Notes: generated by a model from the sequence alone, not told the origin. 64,000 bases of DNA from Candidatus Altimarinota bacterium (GCA_046314355.1 JBKBWQ010000001.1:1216001-1280000), one strand, 5' to 3'. Shown: positions 1-10,912, counted from the first letter of the stretch. Translations and numbers: made by a program.

Positions 1-3000
1 AAACGGCTTCTCATGGATGCTAGAGATAAGTCTATTGAAGCTAGTATGAGACAGATCAACTATCTTCCTCCAGATAGGCTTAAGATAGGAGATAAATTTG
101 TGCTTCGTGCATGGGTATCTTCAGCAAATAATGCTGATCAGGATGCTCAGGTGCGGCTTAGTCTTCTTCATAATTCTTGTAATACGTGTTTTGGATATAC
201 AGCAGGTGGTAATACATATGCTAATTATGCCGAAGCTGTACAGAGCGGTAGTCCATATTTACCAGTGGCAGGTGGTGCTGCACGTATGATTACTACTTCC
301 GTGATGACAGTTACAAAGGAAGAGGTCATGAGTTTTGACGGAACTAAGATGGTACCAGATGTTGCCAAAATCGGAACTGGTACTGTAACTCCTGAGGGGT
401 ATACTGTAGGACTAGAAGGAAATATGCTAGCCTATATTGCAGTAAAACCAGGTCATGCGGCATTTGTGGACCGTATTGAGGTAGTAAAAGTAAGCAGTGA
501 GGACAGTAAAATTTTAGCTAACGGAGATTTCCCTGCGGATAATACTGGGTATGTACGAACAATCCAGCCTAATCTAGCAGCTGGTGCTCCTAAGTACCTT
601 CCTGCAGGATGGTCTTCTCAGCCATTTACAAACAGCATGCTTAGCTGTGGAAATGGTTCTACTGCTATTACAAATACTGGCGCAGGAATCAGAATTGATT
701 CTGGTGCAAATGACGGATGTATTTATCAGTACAAAGTTCAGGGAGACTGGAATTTCGGACTTGGAAAATATGTGAGTGATGTAAAAGTAGGTGATGAATA
801 TGTAGCAAAAGCTACAGTACAAGGTATAGATAATGATGCATATCTAAGTATTTCTGCTAGTCATATTACTGAGCCTGATCTAGCAAAAATGACAAATTAT
901 GACTTTGATCATGTAAAGGTATGGGGAACTGCAAAAAAGGACACTCCAACTGTCCTTACTACTACTCCTCTTCGAGTTACATCTGAAGATGCAACCGGAC
1001 TTCATGTGTTAGGAACTTCTATTAGTGTGTACGGACCATCTAAGAGTGCTCTTGTCACAAAGGTCGAGATGATCAAGTGTACAAAGGATGCCAATGGTGA
1101 TTATCAGCAGGCAGACTGTAAGTCCAACTCAGGAACTACTACGGTCATGAATGCAGGTATGAAAATTGATCAAGGAATTACTTACAATAGTGGGCCAGTT
1201 TACAATAAGATTGCAGCGGATGGCAATCCAGATTCATGGAATATTGGTTGTAAAAAATCAGATGCTACAACAGATGCAAATCCTACTGCTGCTATTAATA
1301 TCACAGCTGAAGGAGCAACGGTTCAGCTGCCTGACGATGCGAGTTACTGTGATGTATACCAGATGCTCACTACTCCGATGGTAAAAGATGATACATATGT
1401 TAGTGTTACACGAGTAAAAGTTGCTGCTGATCAAGCTATAAGCAGCAATGCTTATACTCAGCTAGGACATAATAGTCCGTGGACTGCATCAGATAGAAGT
1501 AACTTTGAATTTACACCGCAAAGTGGCAATACAGAGATTGATCTTGGAAATGGTCTATATGAGTTTGTAAGTAAACGTCTTCATATTTCAAAGCCAAATC
1601 TTGGACCTGGACAGCATCCAGTATGGCCTTACAGAACATCTATCGTATATAGAGTAGCTAGAACTACTGCATATGGAGTACCTACACCTCCAGTGACTAT
1701 CGTAAATATGGATATAGTCCAGTGTGGTACATTAGATAAATCATCTGATAAATTTAAAAACTATTGTGTACAGGATATTCTTCCAGCAGGAACAAGAGTT
1801 TCTACAAATGGAGATCTTCTAGATAGTATCGGACTTCTTGTAAATGCAATTGCAGGTGACTTAGTGCCTGATGGATGGACTGCTGCACGAGTGACTCCTG
1901 AGCTTAAAGATAATATAAAATATGTGAAGCCAACACACACTATTAACGCATTTCAGCTTTCAAATAAAGATATTCCGACGAATGTTTTACTATATCTTAC
2001 GCAGGCAATAAAGACAGATACTACAAACAAGAAGTATATGGCGGTGGCACAGCTGCAGTCTGCAGACGCTGCCCCTATAGCTGCACGTTTTCTACTTTCT
2101 CATAATCTTTTCAAGGGAGCTGCCGGCGGAGAACAAACTGTAGATCGTGCTCTCACAGTAGATGAGGGAATTTCTGGAGTTGGAGCCAATCCTGATGCAC
2201 ATCTATATCCGAACTTGAAGATGTACACTACACCTATTCTTAGTGTAACTACCCCTACTAAAGCAGGCTCTAATGATCTTGATCTTGTTATTCATCCAGC
2301 ACAGAATGCTACTCTTAATATTCAGAGAGCAAAGGTGGTTGAAGTAGCAGATAGTGATCTTGAGACTATACGTAATACTCTTCAGCTTAAGCCTACTTTA
2401 AATGGATCCTTTGAAAAGGATAATGGTACTGACTATGGTTATACTACGGTAGATACTCTTGCCAATAACTCTACACCTGATGGATGGGGTAGAAGCGGAT
2501 GTGCTGCTGATACTGGTGTCACTGCAGAAGATAAGACTGAAGGAACTAATAGCTTGAGACTTACCCAGGCTGGTACAGGACTCTGTATGTTCCAACAGCC
2601 GAGTACAGCACCTATTAAACAAGGTGACTTGTATGTTCTTTCTGCTAAAGTAAAAAATATTGGTACTCGAGATGGTGTCTTCCAGATGAGATGGGTACAT
2701 AACTTCTTTGATGCTGACCTACAAGAAGGACATCCTACTGAAAGATATACAGGTAAAGTAATCGCTAAAGGTGGAAACTGGGAAACTGTAAAGTACGCTA
2801 CTAAGATTAGAATAAAGAATGCCGACGCAGCTACAGACTTTACTTCTATGACAGAGCTCTTTAATGTAACGAATTCATCTGGACTTCTCACTCCAGGAAC
2901 GGATAATGTTCCACTTCTCGTGGATGATGTGAAGCTTACAAACTGTACTCAGAATCCTACTGCTCCTGAGTGTGTAAATACTCCAGATGAAAGCCTCGCT

Positions 3001-6000
3001 CCTACTAATCAGCTACTCTACAATCCAACTTTTGAAATTGATAACGGAAAATTGCCATTTAATGAAAAAGAGAAATTGATTGTAGGCAATAATAATGTTG
3101 AAAATGACAGCCTGCCTGATGGATGGTTCGTCGATGGTTGGGCAGGACCAAATGCTGCAGTAAAGGTGGGATATGAAGATGTCCTGGATATTGACTTCTC
3201 AAATGGTAGTACATCAACAAACAGGTATTTTAAGATTGATACCACAGCTGTACCAAGCTCTCAGACACCTCTTACACTCTTTATTCAGACACGGTACATA
3301 CCAACTCAGAAAGGAGAGAAATATAGAGCTGTTGCTATGGTACGTACAGCTAGTGAGAATAACACTCCTGTACGAGTTGCTATGAATCTTGAACATAATC
3401 CTTACCAAGTACCACGTCCAGCTGAAGATTTTGCTCATGGTTCTGTTGTTGCAGGAAATGCACTGACAAGACTTGAAACGGGTATTTTGACTATTAGTAC
3501 AGATGATAAGGTCCCAGAAGTAAATATGTGGGATCGAGGAAACTTAGGAGTAGGTATTTACCTTGAACGAAATCAGAAGGTACTTATCGATAGTGTTTAC
3601 CTTTATAAAGTACCAAGTGACTTCACTGAGCTTGTAGCTAATAAAAATGCAACAAGAGATGATGGAAGTGTTTATACTTTTGGTGAAATCTCTGCAAATA
3701 AAACAGCAGGAGATAAAATCCCTGATGGATGGAGATCTTATTGTAAGGACGGTGCAACAGCAAAGGAATCTTTGAATAGTTCACAATTCTTTACAAATGG
3801 ACAGAAGTATTACTTCCAGGAGAATGTGTATATTACAGCATTCCCAACAGCAGCTGAGGAAATCGGAGCAGGTAAAAAGTATACTACTGCACTTTCACAC
3901 TATAATGCTGTAGGAAAAGCAGGAGGGTATCTAGATAAACCTGAATATGCAGCAGCTATACAGCAGCTTGCGCCAGGTTATAACGAAGATGCATACTTAC
4001 TTGCATTCCCTGATGTTGCGAAGTCTGTAGGGCCAGGTCGAATGTTTATGTCAGGTCTAGAGCATTACATTCCTTATGGAAAGGATCAGAATGGAGATAG
4101 ACTTACTAAGACTTCATACGCAAGTGCGGTTGCAGCACTTGGTGCCTTCGATAAACCTCTCTTTACTGCAGATGCTGGATATCAGACATGTCAGATAGAG
4201 CAGGTGCAGAATACTTCGACAAAGATCGGAGATGAATATGTAGCTTATGCAAAGGTAAAGAACGTCTCTCTTACTTCAGAGTCACTTAAACTTATCCTTG
4301 CACATAACTGGTGGCATAGTGAAGCTGGTGTTACTACTGAACCTAGTGCATCTTCTATTACTCCTATGACTGCTGGCCAGGAAGTGACTATGAGAACAGG
4401 TAAACTAAAGATTGCTTACCCAGATGCGAATAACAACATGTACAGTGATACTTATAAGCTAGGTCTTATATTACAGAATCATGTACCTGCTGTAGTAGAT
4501 CAGGGAAGAAGCAAGGCATTTAAGATCCTTGATACAGGTATCGTAAACTGTACAAAGGAACCTACAAATGAATATTGTCTTCCAACACCTGACCTTAACC
4601 TTATCGGAAAAGGAAATCAGATCTTGGTTAATACAGATCTTACATCAGATAGTGGTTCTATACCTCAGGCAAACATCGGTAGAAAGATGAATAAGCTTCC
4701 AAATGATGGAATCCCTGACGGATGGAATGATGATACAAATACTGCATCTATTGTAAGTATCGCTGCAAGCGGTGCTAACGGTAGAGTCCCAGAACCAGTA
4801 GTAAAGATTGATGGTACAACTGGACTTGCGAACTTTAAGCAGGCAGTAAAGGTGAATAATACTTTAGGAAAGAAATATCAGGCGGTGTTCCAGGTACGAA
4901 CAGCAAACCCTGCAAATCTAGATGCATCATTTAATATTCAGCTCTATCATAACCCATATGCGGGGACAACAAATACTGATGCAGCAGCAGCTTCATATAA
5001 AGCTACTGGCACATTCCAGACATTTGTATCACCAGTACTTACGGTTACAAAACCAGATGTCTCTCCAGCGAGTACAAGCGGATTTGATAATTTATTCTTC
5101 AATATTTTCCCAAGTACGGGAAATATGATCTACATCCAGAAAGTGGAAGTCTTTGAACTTGTGGATGACGCAAACAGCCTTGTACAAAATGGATCATTTG
5201 AGAAGGATGATGCAACACGCTACATCTCTGTAGTAGACGGAAATGCGACAGCAGGAGATAAAATCCCTGATGGATGGCATGGATCTGCAGCTACAGGTGT
5301 AACAATGGTCACTACTCCTGTGAAATCAGGACAGAACGCAGTAAGTATTGCTTCTGAGACTCAGCAGGGTGGCAAGAGCATTATAATGTCACTTGATACT
5401 CCTACAACTGTAGGCGATAAATATGTAGCCGTTGCGAATGTATATTCTGCAGCTCCAGCAGCAGTAGGTATCAAGCTTATGCACAATGCTTCTGCTCCAA
5501 AAGCAGAACAGTCTAGCCCAGTAACAAATACTCTTACAGCTTCAGGATCTACATGGACGAAACTTATCTCTCAGAAGATGACTATTAGTAAACCAGACGT
5601 AGCAACTGGAGATAACCTTGAACTAAGCGTATCTGTTCTTAGTCCAAACTCTACTGTAATCGTAGATGATGTCTCACTTATCAATTGTACAAAGAATCCA
5701 ACTGTATCTGAATGTACTGCTGTAATCCAGCAGAATCCAATTCTTACAAATGGAAACTTTGAATTAGATAATGGTACAATCGCTATTGAAGCTCTAGGTG
5801 ACTCTACTGTAAATGGTATTCCAGATACATGGAGTAGAGACTGTATGGGTAACGGTACTATGTCTTCAGTAGCCGGAAAGACCGGTACAGGTATGATGCT
5901 TTCAAATACTGGAGCAGCACATTGTCTCTACCAGTATACAAATGTTCAGCCGATCAAAGATCATGTATATGTTGCGACAGCAGATGTGAAATCAGCTTCA

Positions 6001-8070
6001 AACAACATCTATACATTGGACTTTATCCTCTCCCATAATCCTAATGTTACTGATTTCCTAGAGACTGCTGAAAATAAGTCACAGCAGATAACTCAGAATT
6101 GGAAGACAGTAAGCAGTGGACCACTCAAGATAGTAAAGGCAGATGCACTTCCAGAAAAGATGCCTTACAATATTTTTGAGAAGTTTGGAGTGATTCTTAG
6201 AATCAACGAATCTGGAGCAAATGTGATCTTTGACAATGTTATAATCACGGACTGTACTCTTTCACCAACTGCTACTGCATGTACTCAGGCTCAGGCTAAA
6301 ATAACTGCCGTAAAGAGTACGACTATGAGCGATGGTATACTCGTGAAGGGACAAACAGCACAGAAAGTAGGAGCTCTTACTCTTACTGCTGAGAACAGTG
6401 ATACGGTAATCCATACAATGAAATTTACATTACCAAATGGAACTTCAGGATTCAGCAACTTTACTATCAAGAATGATGCTGCTATCCCAACAATAGCTTC
6501 TGGAACAACATCTTCAGGAAATGTACTATTCCAGTTCGGTGGATCTCCAGTGCCAAAGAACACGCCACTAAACTATAGTGTTTATGCGGATGTAGCTGCG
6601 AATGCTGCTGCTCCACTTAGCTCATCAGGATCAGGTATCTTGCAGCTGTCATTAGCAGAAAATGGTATCGGATTCCAGGATCAGGTATTTATAAAGCAGT
6701 TTACTTCTACTTCTCCTGCGATAAGTCTTCAGAAAATGCAGCTTAATACGACGGCACCTGCTGTTGTAGGCTCACTTGCTGTGACAAAGGCAACACAGTT
6801 TGCTGATCAGACAGTAACTAAGTCAGGTTCTAATCAGAAGATAGGAAGCTTTGCTATAAAGGCAACTGGAGAGAGCTACAAGGTGGAATCTATCGCGATG
6901 AAACTAAGTGGTATCAATGGAGTCACTAATCTCTACTTAACTTCAAGTGGTCAAACTCTTGGAACAACAGTTACATCACCAGCACTTACAAACATGTTTG
7001 CATTTGCTAATACGCCGGTATATGTAGCGAAGGATGCAACTGTAACCGTAGATGTATTTGCAACTATTGCGAGTACTTCTACTATGGCAACGCTTCAGAC
7101 AAGTCTCGATGCAAATGCTATAGCAGCTAAGAGCAATACAAACGCGGTACTAACAGCTCCTGCAAATACAACATTGCTCCAGGTACTTACTCTTAATGGA
7201 ACTCTCCTACCTTCAGCACCGACAACTACATCAAAACCTGGTACTAATACAGGTGGCACATATGTTGGAGCAGGTAATACAGGATCTTCAGCAGGTCTTG
7301 GACAGTTACCTTCAGGTACTGGCGGCGGTGTAAGTACTATTGTATGCCCTCCTTCATGTGAGACAGCAGTAAATCCAAAGGATGTCTCTAGTACACACTT
7401 TGCATATAATGCAGTGAAGTATCTAAGTGCACGAGGAATTCTCAAAGGATACTCAGATAATACATTCCGAGTAGAAAATGCTATCAACAGAGCAGAGTTT
7501 GTGAAGATTGTATCAAACGGATTCAAGCTCACTACAACTGAGAAATCAGCAGCGCTTCCATTCAAGGATGTACGTTCAGCTGACTGGTTCTATAGTGTAC
7601 TTCGCACTGTATTCAAAGCAGGTCTTGTGAAAGGATATGCATCAGGTGATTTCTTACCTGCAAAAAATATCCAGCGAGACGAGGCTGTGAAGATCATGGC
7701 TCTCGCAGATGCAGCAACAGCTATCAAGCTTAAGAACAAGAATCTTACTGATACTGAAGCAACTGCCCAGGCTGAGACACTCATCACTAATCAGTGGAAT
7801 ACATGGAAGGCATCACATGCAGGATTTACATATGTACAGTTCTCTGATGCAAGTGTAAACGCATGGTATGCTAAATATCTCCTCTATGCAGTAGAAAAGG
7901 GATATATCTCTGGACGAACAGTAAATGGAGTGAAAGTATTTGCTCCAGCAGATCAGATCACTCGTGGAGAAGCAGCAGTACTTATTGCACGAATTATCGA
8001 TGCAAATAAGATCACTTATCCAGCAGAGAAGAAAGCTGATAATACATTTACAGTCAAATTCCCTGAGTAG
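1..8070 (+). CDS. Giant (>2685 aa, 5'-truncated by window) surface protein: ~10 tandem CBM4/9-like beta-sandwich modules, Ig-like S-layer domains, C-terminal SLH domains
   Basis: Frame is open from base 1. Repeated NGxFExD...PDGW modules with Cys-paired linkers (NCTxxPTxxxC). C-terminal SLH motifs GILKGYSDNTF..NRAEF, GLVKGYASGDF..QRDEA, GYISG..TRGEA. Confidence 0.85.
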   Translation, partial: KRLLMDARDKSIEASMRQINYLPPDRLKIGDKFVLRAWVSSANNADQDAQVRLSLLHNSCNTCFGYTAGGNTYANYAEAVQSGSPYLPVAGGAARMITTSVMTVTKEEVMSFDGTKMVPDVAKIGTGTVTPEGYTVGLEGNMLAYIAVKPGHAAFVDRIEVVKVSSEDSKILANGDFPADNTGYVRTIQPNLAAGAPKYLPAGWSSQPFTNSMLSCGNGSTAITNTGAGIRIDSGANDGCIYQYKVQGDWNFGLGKYVSDVKVGDEYVAKATVQGIDNDAYLSISASHITEPDLAKMTNYDFDHVKVWGTAKKDTPTVLTTTPLRVTSEDATGLHVLGTSISVYGPSKSALVTKVEMIKCTKDANGDYQQADCKSNSGTTTVMNAGMKIDQGITYNSGPVYNKIAADGNPDSWNIGCKKSDATTDANPTAAINITAEGATVQLPDDASYCDVYQMLTTPMVKDDTYVSVTRVKVAADQAISSNAYTQLGHNSPWTASDRSNFEFTPQSGNTEIDLGNGLYEFVSKRLHISKPNLGPGQHPVWPYRTSIVYRVARTTAYGVPTPPVTIVNMDIVQCGTLDKSSDKFKNYCVQDILPAGTRVSTNGDLLDSIGLLVNAIAGDLVPDGWTAARVTPELKDNIKYVKPTHTINAFQLSNKDIPTNVLLYLTQAIKTDTTNKKYMAVAQLQSADAAPIAARFLLSHNLFKGAAGGEQTVDRALTVDEGISGVGANPDAHLYPNLKMYTTPILSVTTPTKAGSNDLDLVIHPAQNATLNIQRAKVVEVADSDLETIRNTLQLKPTLNGSFEKDNGTDYGYTTVDTLANNSTPDGWGRSGCAADTGVTAEDKTEGTNSLRLTQAGTGLCMFQQPSTAPIKQGDLYVLSAKVKNIGTRDGVFQMRWVHNFFDADLQEGHPTERYTGKVIAKGGNWETVKYATKIRIKNADAATDFTSMTELFNVTNSSGLLTPGTDNVPLLVDDVKLTNCTQNPTAPECVNTPDESLAPTNQLLYNPTFEIDNGKLPFNEKEKLIVGNNNVENDSLPDGWFVDGWAGPNAAVKVGYEDVLDIDFSNGSTSTNRYFKIDTTAVPSSQTPLTLFIQTRYIPTQKGEKYRAVAMVRTASENNTPVRVAMNLEHNPYQVPRPAEDFAHGSVVAGNALTRLETGILTISTDDKVPEVNMWDRGNLGVGIYLERNQKVLIDSVYLYKVPSDFTELVANKNATRDDGSVYTFGEISANKTAGDKIPDGWRSYCKDGATAKESLNSSQFFTNGQKYYFQENVYITAFPTAAEEIGAGKKYTTALSHYNAVGKAGGYLDKPEYAAAIQQLAPGYNEDAYLLAFPDVAKSVGPGRMFMSGLEHYIPYGKDQNGDRLTKTSYASAVAALGAFDKPLFTADAGYQTCQIEQVQNTSTKIGDEYVAYAKVKNVSLTSESLKLILAHNWWHSEAGVTTEPSASSITPMTAGQEVTMRTGKLKIAYPDANNNMYSDTYKLGLILQNHVPAVVDQGRSKAFKILDTGIVNCTKEPTNEYCLPTPDLNLIGKGNQILVNTDLTSDSGSIPQANIGRKMNKLPNDGIPDGWNDDTNTASIVSIAASGANGRVPEPVVKIDGTTGLANFKQAVKVNNTLGKKYQAVFQVRTANPANLDASFNIQLYHNPYAGTTNTDAAAASYKATGTFQTFVSPVLTVTKPDVSPASTSGFDNLFFNIFPSTGNMIYIQKVEVFELVDDANSLVQNGSFEKDDATRYISVVDGNATAGDKIPDGWHGSAATGVTMVTTPVKSGQNAVSIASETQQGGKSIIMSLDTPTTVGDKYVAVANVYSAAPAAVGIKLMHNASAPKAEQSSPVTNTLTASGSTWTKLISQKMTISKPDVATGDNLELSVSVLSPNSTVIVDDVSLINCTKNPTVSECTAVIQQNPILTNGNFELDNGTIAIEALGDSTVNGIPDTWSRDCMGNGTMSSVAGKTGTGMMLSNTGAAHCLYQYTNVQPIKDHVYVATADVKSASNNIYTLDFILSHNPNVTDFLETAENKSQQITQNWKTVSSGPLKIVKADALPEKMPYNIFEKFGVILRINESGANVIFDNVIITDCTLSPTATACTQAQAKITAVKSTTMSDGILVKGQTAQKVGALTLTAENSDTVIHTMKFTLPNGTSGFSNFTIKNDAAIPTIASGTTSSGNVLFQFGGSPVPKNTPLNYSVYADVAANAAAPLSSSGSGILQLSLAENGIGFQDQVFIKQFTSTSPAISLQKMQLNTTAPAVVGSLAVTKATQFADQTVTKSGSNQKIGSFAIKATGESYKVESIAMKLSGINGVTNLYLTSSGQTLGTTVTSPALTNMFAFANTPVYVAKDATVTVDVFATIASTSTMATLQTSLDANAIAAKSNTNAVLTAPANTTLLQVLTLNGTLLPSAPTTTSKPGTNTGGTYVGAGNTGSSAGLGQLPSGTGGGVSTIVCPPSCETAVNPKDVSSTHFAYNAVKYLSARGILKGYSDNTFRVENAINRAEFVKIVSNGFKLTTTEKSAALPFKDVRSADWFYSVLRTVFKAGLVKGYASGDFLPAKNIQRDEAVKIMALADAATAIKLKNKNLTDTEATAQAETLITNQWNTWKASHAGFTYVQFSDASVNAWYAKYLLYAVEKGYISGRTVNGVKVFAPADQITRGEAAVLIARIIDANKITYPAEKKADNTFTVKFPE

Positions 8071-8090
8071 TGTATAAGGCAAGGAATAAA

Positions 8091-8130
8091 AAAACTCCTC
8101 CACCGTTCCAACGCGGTGGGGAGTTTTTTT
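8091..8130 (+). terminator. Rho-independent terminator
   Basis: AAAACTCCTCCACCG...CGGTGGGGAGTTTTTTT hairpin plus T-tract after the giant gene. Confidence 0.8.
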
Positions 8131-8135
8131 AGTAA

Positions 8136-8224
8136 GGGGCTCGGTAATTGGGCGCACATTATTGGGCTCTAATAATTGAGCTCAATAATTGCAGCCCAAT
8201 TATAGGAGTCTAATTATTGAGCCC
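8136..8224. repeat. 14-bp modular palindromic repeat, copy A
   Basis: TAATT-spaced GGGCxCxxx modules arranged symmetrically about GAGCTC; related copies at 12146-12262 and 44569-44696. Confidence 0.85.
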
Positions 8225-8251
8225 GTCCTCCCTCCCTTTCCTAATTTTATC

Positions 8252-8279
8252 TTGCAATTTACTTTGTGCCTGATATATT
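8252..8279 (+). promoter_or_regulatory. Putative sigma70 promoter of tRNA-Ile
   Basis: TTGCAA-16 bp-TATATT about 30 nt upstream of the tRNA. Confidence 0.55.
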
Positions 8280-8309
8280 CAAAAAGCCTTAAAACAGGCA
8301 GGTATATGC

Positions 8310-8386
8310 GGGTGTATAGCTCAGTTGGTTAGAGCGCGGCACTGATAATGCCGAGGTCGAAGGTTCAACTCCTTCTATACCCACCA
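8310..8386 (+). tRNA. tRNA-Ile(GAT)
   Basis: Acceptor GGGTGTA/TATACCC, D-arm AGCTCAGTTGGTTAGAGC, anticodon arm CGGCA-CTGATAA-TGCCG, T-loop GGTTCAACTCC, encoded CCA. Confidence 0.97.
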
Positions 8387-8612
8387 TGAATTTTCTGCGA
8401 AAATTCGAGTGATTAGTCTTTAGTACTTGGTACTTAGAGGGCTATTTTTTGTTATACTGTAAAAAGAATCCCTCTTGTCCTCATCCATATAGTGACCTTA
8501 GATTTAATTACTTTCTTACTCTCTTACTAAATTACTTGAGCCCCCATTGACCATTTATTTCATAGGGGTACTATAAAGTATTACAATGCTTTATTTTTTC
8601 AGCTTTAAGATT

Positions 8613-9380
8613 ATGAATACTACAAATAAATCTATTATATATATCATCATGGCTTTGGTGGTTTTGATGATAGTGTTTTTTATCGGTACTATGTTTACTA
8701 GAGTTCAGGATGACGACATTGCGAGTAATGCGAATGCAGTAATGAACACAAATATAAACTCTCCAAATCTCAATGGAGTCCTAGATGTAAATGCTAATAC
8801 AAGTACTGTGGTTCCTGTTGAGAATCTCAATATGAATATGACGGGCAATCAGAATATAAATTCTGAGGATGCTCTCCAGACTTATGAAAATAGAGATGTA
8901 AAACTTTCTCTTAAACATCCAGACACAATGAATCCAGAGAGTAATTTTATGAATACCTATCTGCTACCTGATACTTGGAATGCTCTATCGCCTCAAAGTA
9001 CTACTGGAAATAAGCTTGTGGCATTTAAGATCCCTGGATCGAATGATATTACAAGTGCGGGAATCAGGATCAGTACTAGTAAAAATTCTGTTGATATAGC
9101 TGCATGTACCACTACTCCTTCAAATGCTTCATTTGAAAAGACCACTAGGGTTATTAACGGAAATACGTATACCGTTTTAGCACTTAGCGAGGGTGCTATG
9201 AATCATTATAGTACTATCAATAGCTACAGACTTGTAAAGAATAATCTATGCTATGTCATTGATACATACGTGACAGGTACTAATCCGGAAGTGTATGATC
9301 CAAAACCAACACCTCCATTCACAAAAGATTCAGCTTTCACTCGTATTGATGCGATTCTTGGAACATTGAGTATAGAGTAA
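8613..9380 (+). CDS. Membrane-anchored extracellular hypothetical protein (possibly PsbP-like fold)
   Basis: N-terminal TM helix, Asn-rich linker, globular domain with a Cys pair. Start moved to ATG 8613, downstream of TTGACC-16-TACTAT (8547-8574). Confidence 0.7.
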   Translation: MNTTNKSIIYIIMALVVLMIVFFIGTMFTRVQDDDIASNANAVMNTNINSPNLNGVLDVNANTSTVVPVENLNMNMTGNQNINSEDALQTYENRDVKLSLKHPDTMNPESNFMNTYLLPDTWNALSPQSTTGNKLVAFKIPGSNDITSAGIRISTSKNSVDIAACTTTPSNASFEKTTRVINGNTYTVLALSEGAMNHYSTINSYRLVKNNLCYVIDTYVTGTNPEVYDPKPTPPFTKDSAFTRIDAILGTLSIE

Positions 9381-9458
9381 AAAAGTGTAAACACAGGATC
9401 GAGTATTGCGCTGAGTCTATGAAATCTTAGATTCTAATGTCAAAGTGGACTTCACAAT

Positions 9459-9496
9459 AAAAAGCTCTCTGAGGTGTAAATCTCAGAGAGCTTTTT
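9459..9496 (+). terminator. Rho-independent terminator
   Basis: AAAAGCTCTCTGAG...CTCAGAGAGCTTTTT. Confidence 0.75.
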
Positions 9497-9665
9497 GTGA
9501 TATAAAAATATAAATTAATAATATGTATATAATCTGTAAATCATGCTTAAATACTAGAACTGACGGATGCTCATAGGAGAAATTGAAACTGCAGTTACTT
9601 GACTCTTTGTGTCTCGCTCTTCATAATTCTAGATTCTCATAATTTACATCTTAAATTCTTGTCTT

Positions 9666-10226
9666 ATGGTTAAAGGACATGATGTTATCGGGAAGTCAGT
9701 TATCGCATATGATTCAGGAACAATACTTACAAAAGTAAAAGATATACTTTTTAACGCTCAGGAAAATATTATTCTAGGATTCCAAGTAAGCAATGGTAGT
9801 CCGTTTTCAGAAGCAAAGGCGATTCCTTTCCGCTATATTAAAGCAATAGGTCCGAATGCAATTACTGTTGAAAGTGATTCTGTAATTGTGCCTTCAAGTG
9901 AGGATAGGCAAATAAAAGAGTCCTTGGAAAATAATAGTGTAAAAGGTAAGAAGGTGATGACCGAAGACGGTAAGGATCTAGGTGTTATAGCAGATATTTA
10001 CTTTCGAGAAGATACAGGAACTATAGAAGGATATGAAGTAAGTGGAGGGATCTTTTCTGACGCTGATACAGGGATATCTTTTCTTCCAGCACCGGCAGAA
10101 TTTTCCATCGGTGAAGATGTCGCTTTTGTCCCATCTGCGATGGTGGAAATTATGAGGAATCCTGTTCATCAAGGTGAGCAAACAAACGTACCTCAGATGT
10201 CGAATAATACTTTTCTACAGCATTAA
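9666..10226 (+). CDS. Tandem PRC-barrel domain protein (YrrD-like)
   Basis: Two repeats: GKSVIAYDSG..VKDILF..ILGFQVS and GKKVMTEDGKDLGVIADIYF..IEGYEVS. Confidence 0.85.
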   Translation: MVKGHDVIGKSVIAYDSGTILTKVKDILFNAQENIILGFQVSNGSPFSEAKAIPFRYIKAIGPNAITVESDSVIVPSSEDRQIKESLENNSVKGKKVMTEDGKDLGVIADIYFREDTGTIEGYEVSGGIFSDADTGISFLPAPAEFSIGEDVAFVPSAMVEIMRNPVHQGEQTNVPQMSNNTFLQH

Positions 10227-10255
10227 TAGTGTCTATATCATAAACTTCTACTACT

Positions 10256-10912
10256 ATGGATGAGATTAATAACAATGATAACAATGTACGTTTCGTAGGA
10301 AAAAAACCTATCTGGCCCTTTATTCTTTTGGCACTTCTCCTTCTTGGATTAATCGGACTTCTAGTGCCGTATCTTTTAGGAAAAGCAGTACAAAATGCCA
10401 ATACCAATGATACAGCAAATGCAAACATGAATCAGATGAATATGAATGCAGCGAGTGTAGCGCTTCCTATGAATGAAAATGCTACGTTTGCTCCTTCGTT
10501 AAATATCAATAGTAATTTTGGATTTACGAACCAAAATACGCTTACTCCCGGCACCTCTGGAGCAACGATTATTATTAGTCTTAATGAACTAAAAGAAACT
10601 TCTGCTGCTTCCGGAAGAACTGCGAATATTATGGATCTCACGGTAGAAAATGTACTTGAAGATAGAGTATTCCTTATAAGAGATGCTCAGAATAACTATG
10701 CAGCTGCCTATCTGGATACGGTCCTTGATGCAGGCACTACGGAGGAAAGAATAGTTGTCAAAAATGGACAAACAGTAAATCTAAGCGGTACTGTTGCGGC
10801 ACTGCCAAGTGAAGATATGCTAAAGACACAGTGGGGGTTAACAACGGAAAATATAGCTGCAATGAAAGGCGGTACTTCTTATATACGTGTCACAAATATT
10901 ACTTTTAAATAA
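10256..10912 (+). CDS. Membrane-anchored hypothetical protein
   Basis: Single TM (IWPFILLALLLLGLIGLLV), Asn-rich linker, OB-like C-terminal domain; 29 nt downstream of the PRC gene. Confidence 0.7.
   Translation: MDEINNNDNNVRFVGKKPIWPFILLALLLLGLIGLLVPYLLGKAVQNANTNDTANANMNQMNMNAASVALPMNENATFAPSLNINSNFGFTNQNTLTPGTSGATIIISLNELKETSAASGRTANIMDLTVENVLEDRVFLIRDAQNNYAAAYLDTVLDAGTTEERIVVKNGQTVNLSGTVAALPSEDMLKTQWGLTTENIAAMKGGTSYIRVTNITFK

Noticed and set aside
8136-8224. Modular repeats as a CRISPR array
   Set aside because: Units are only 14 bp, invert around a centre and have no unique spacers; no cas genes are present.
8310-8386. tRNA-Ile as an integration site or part of an rRNA operon
   Set aside because: No duplicated tRNA 3' end, integrase or rRNA sequence was seen in the window.
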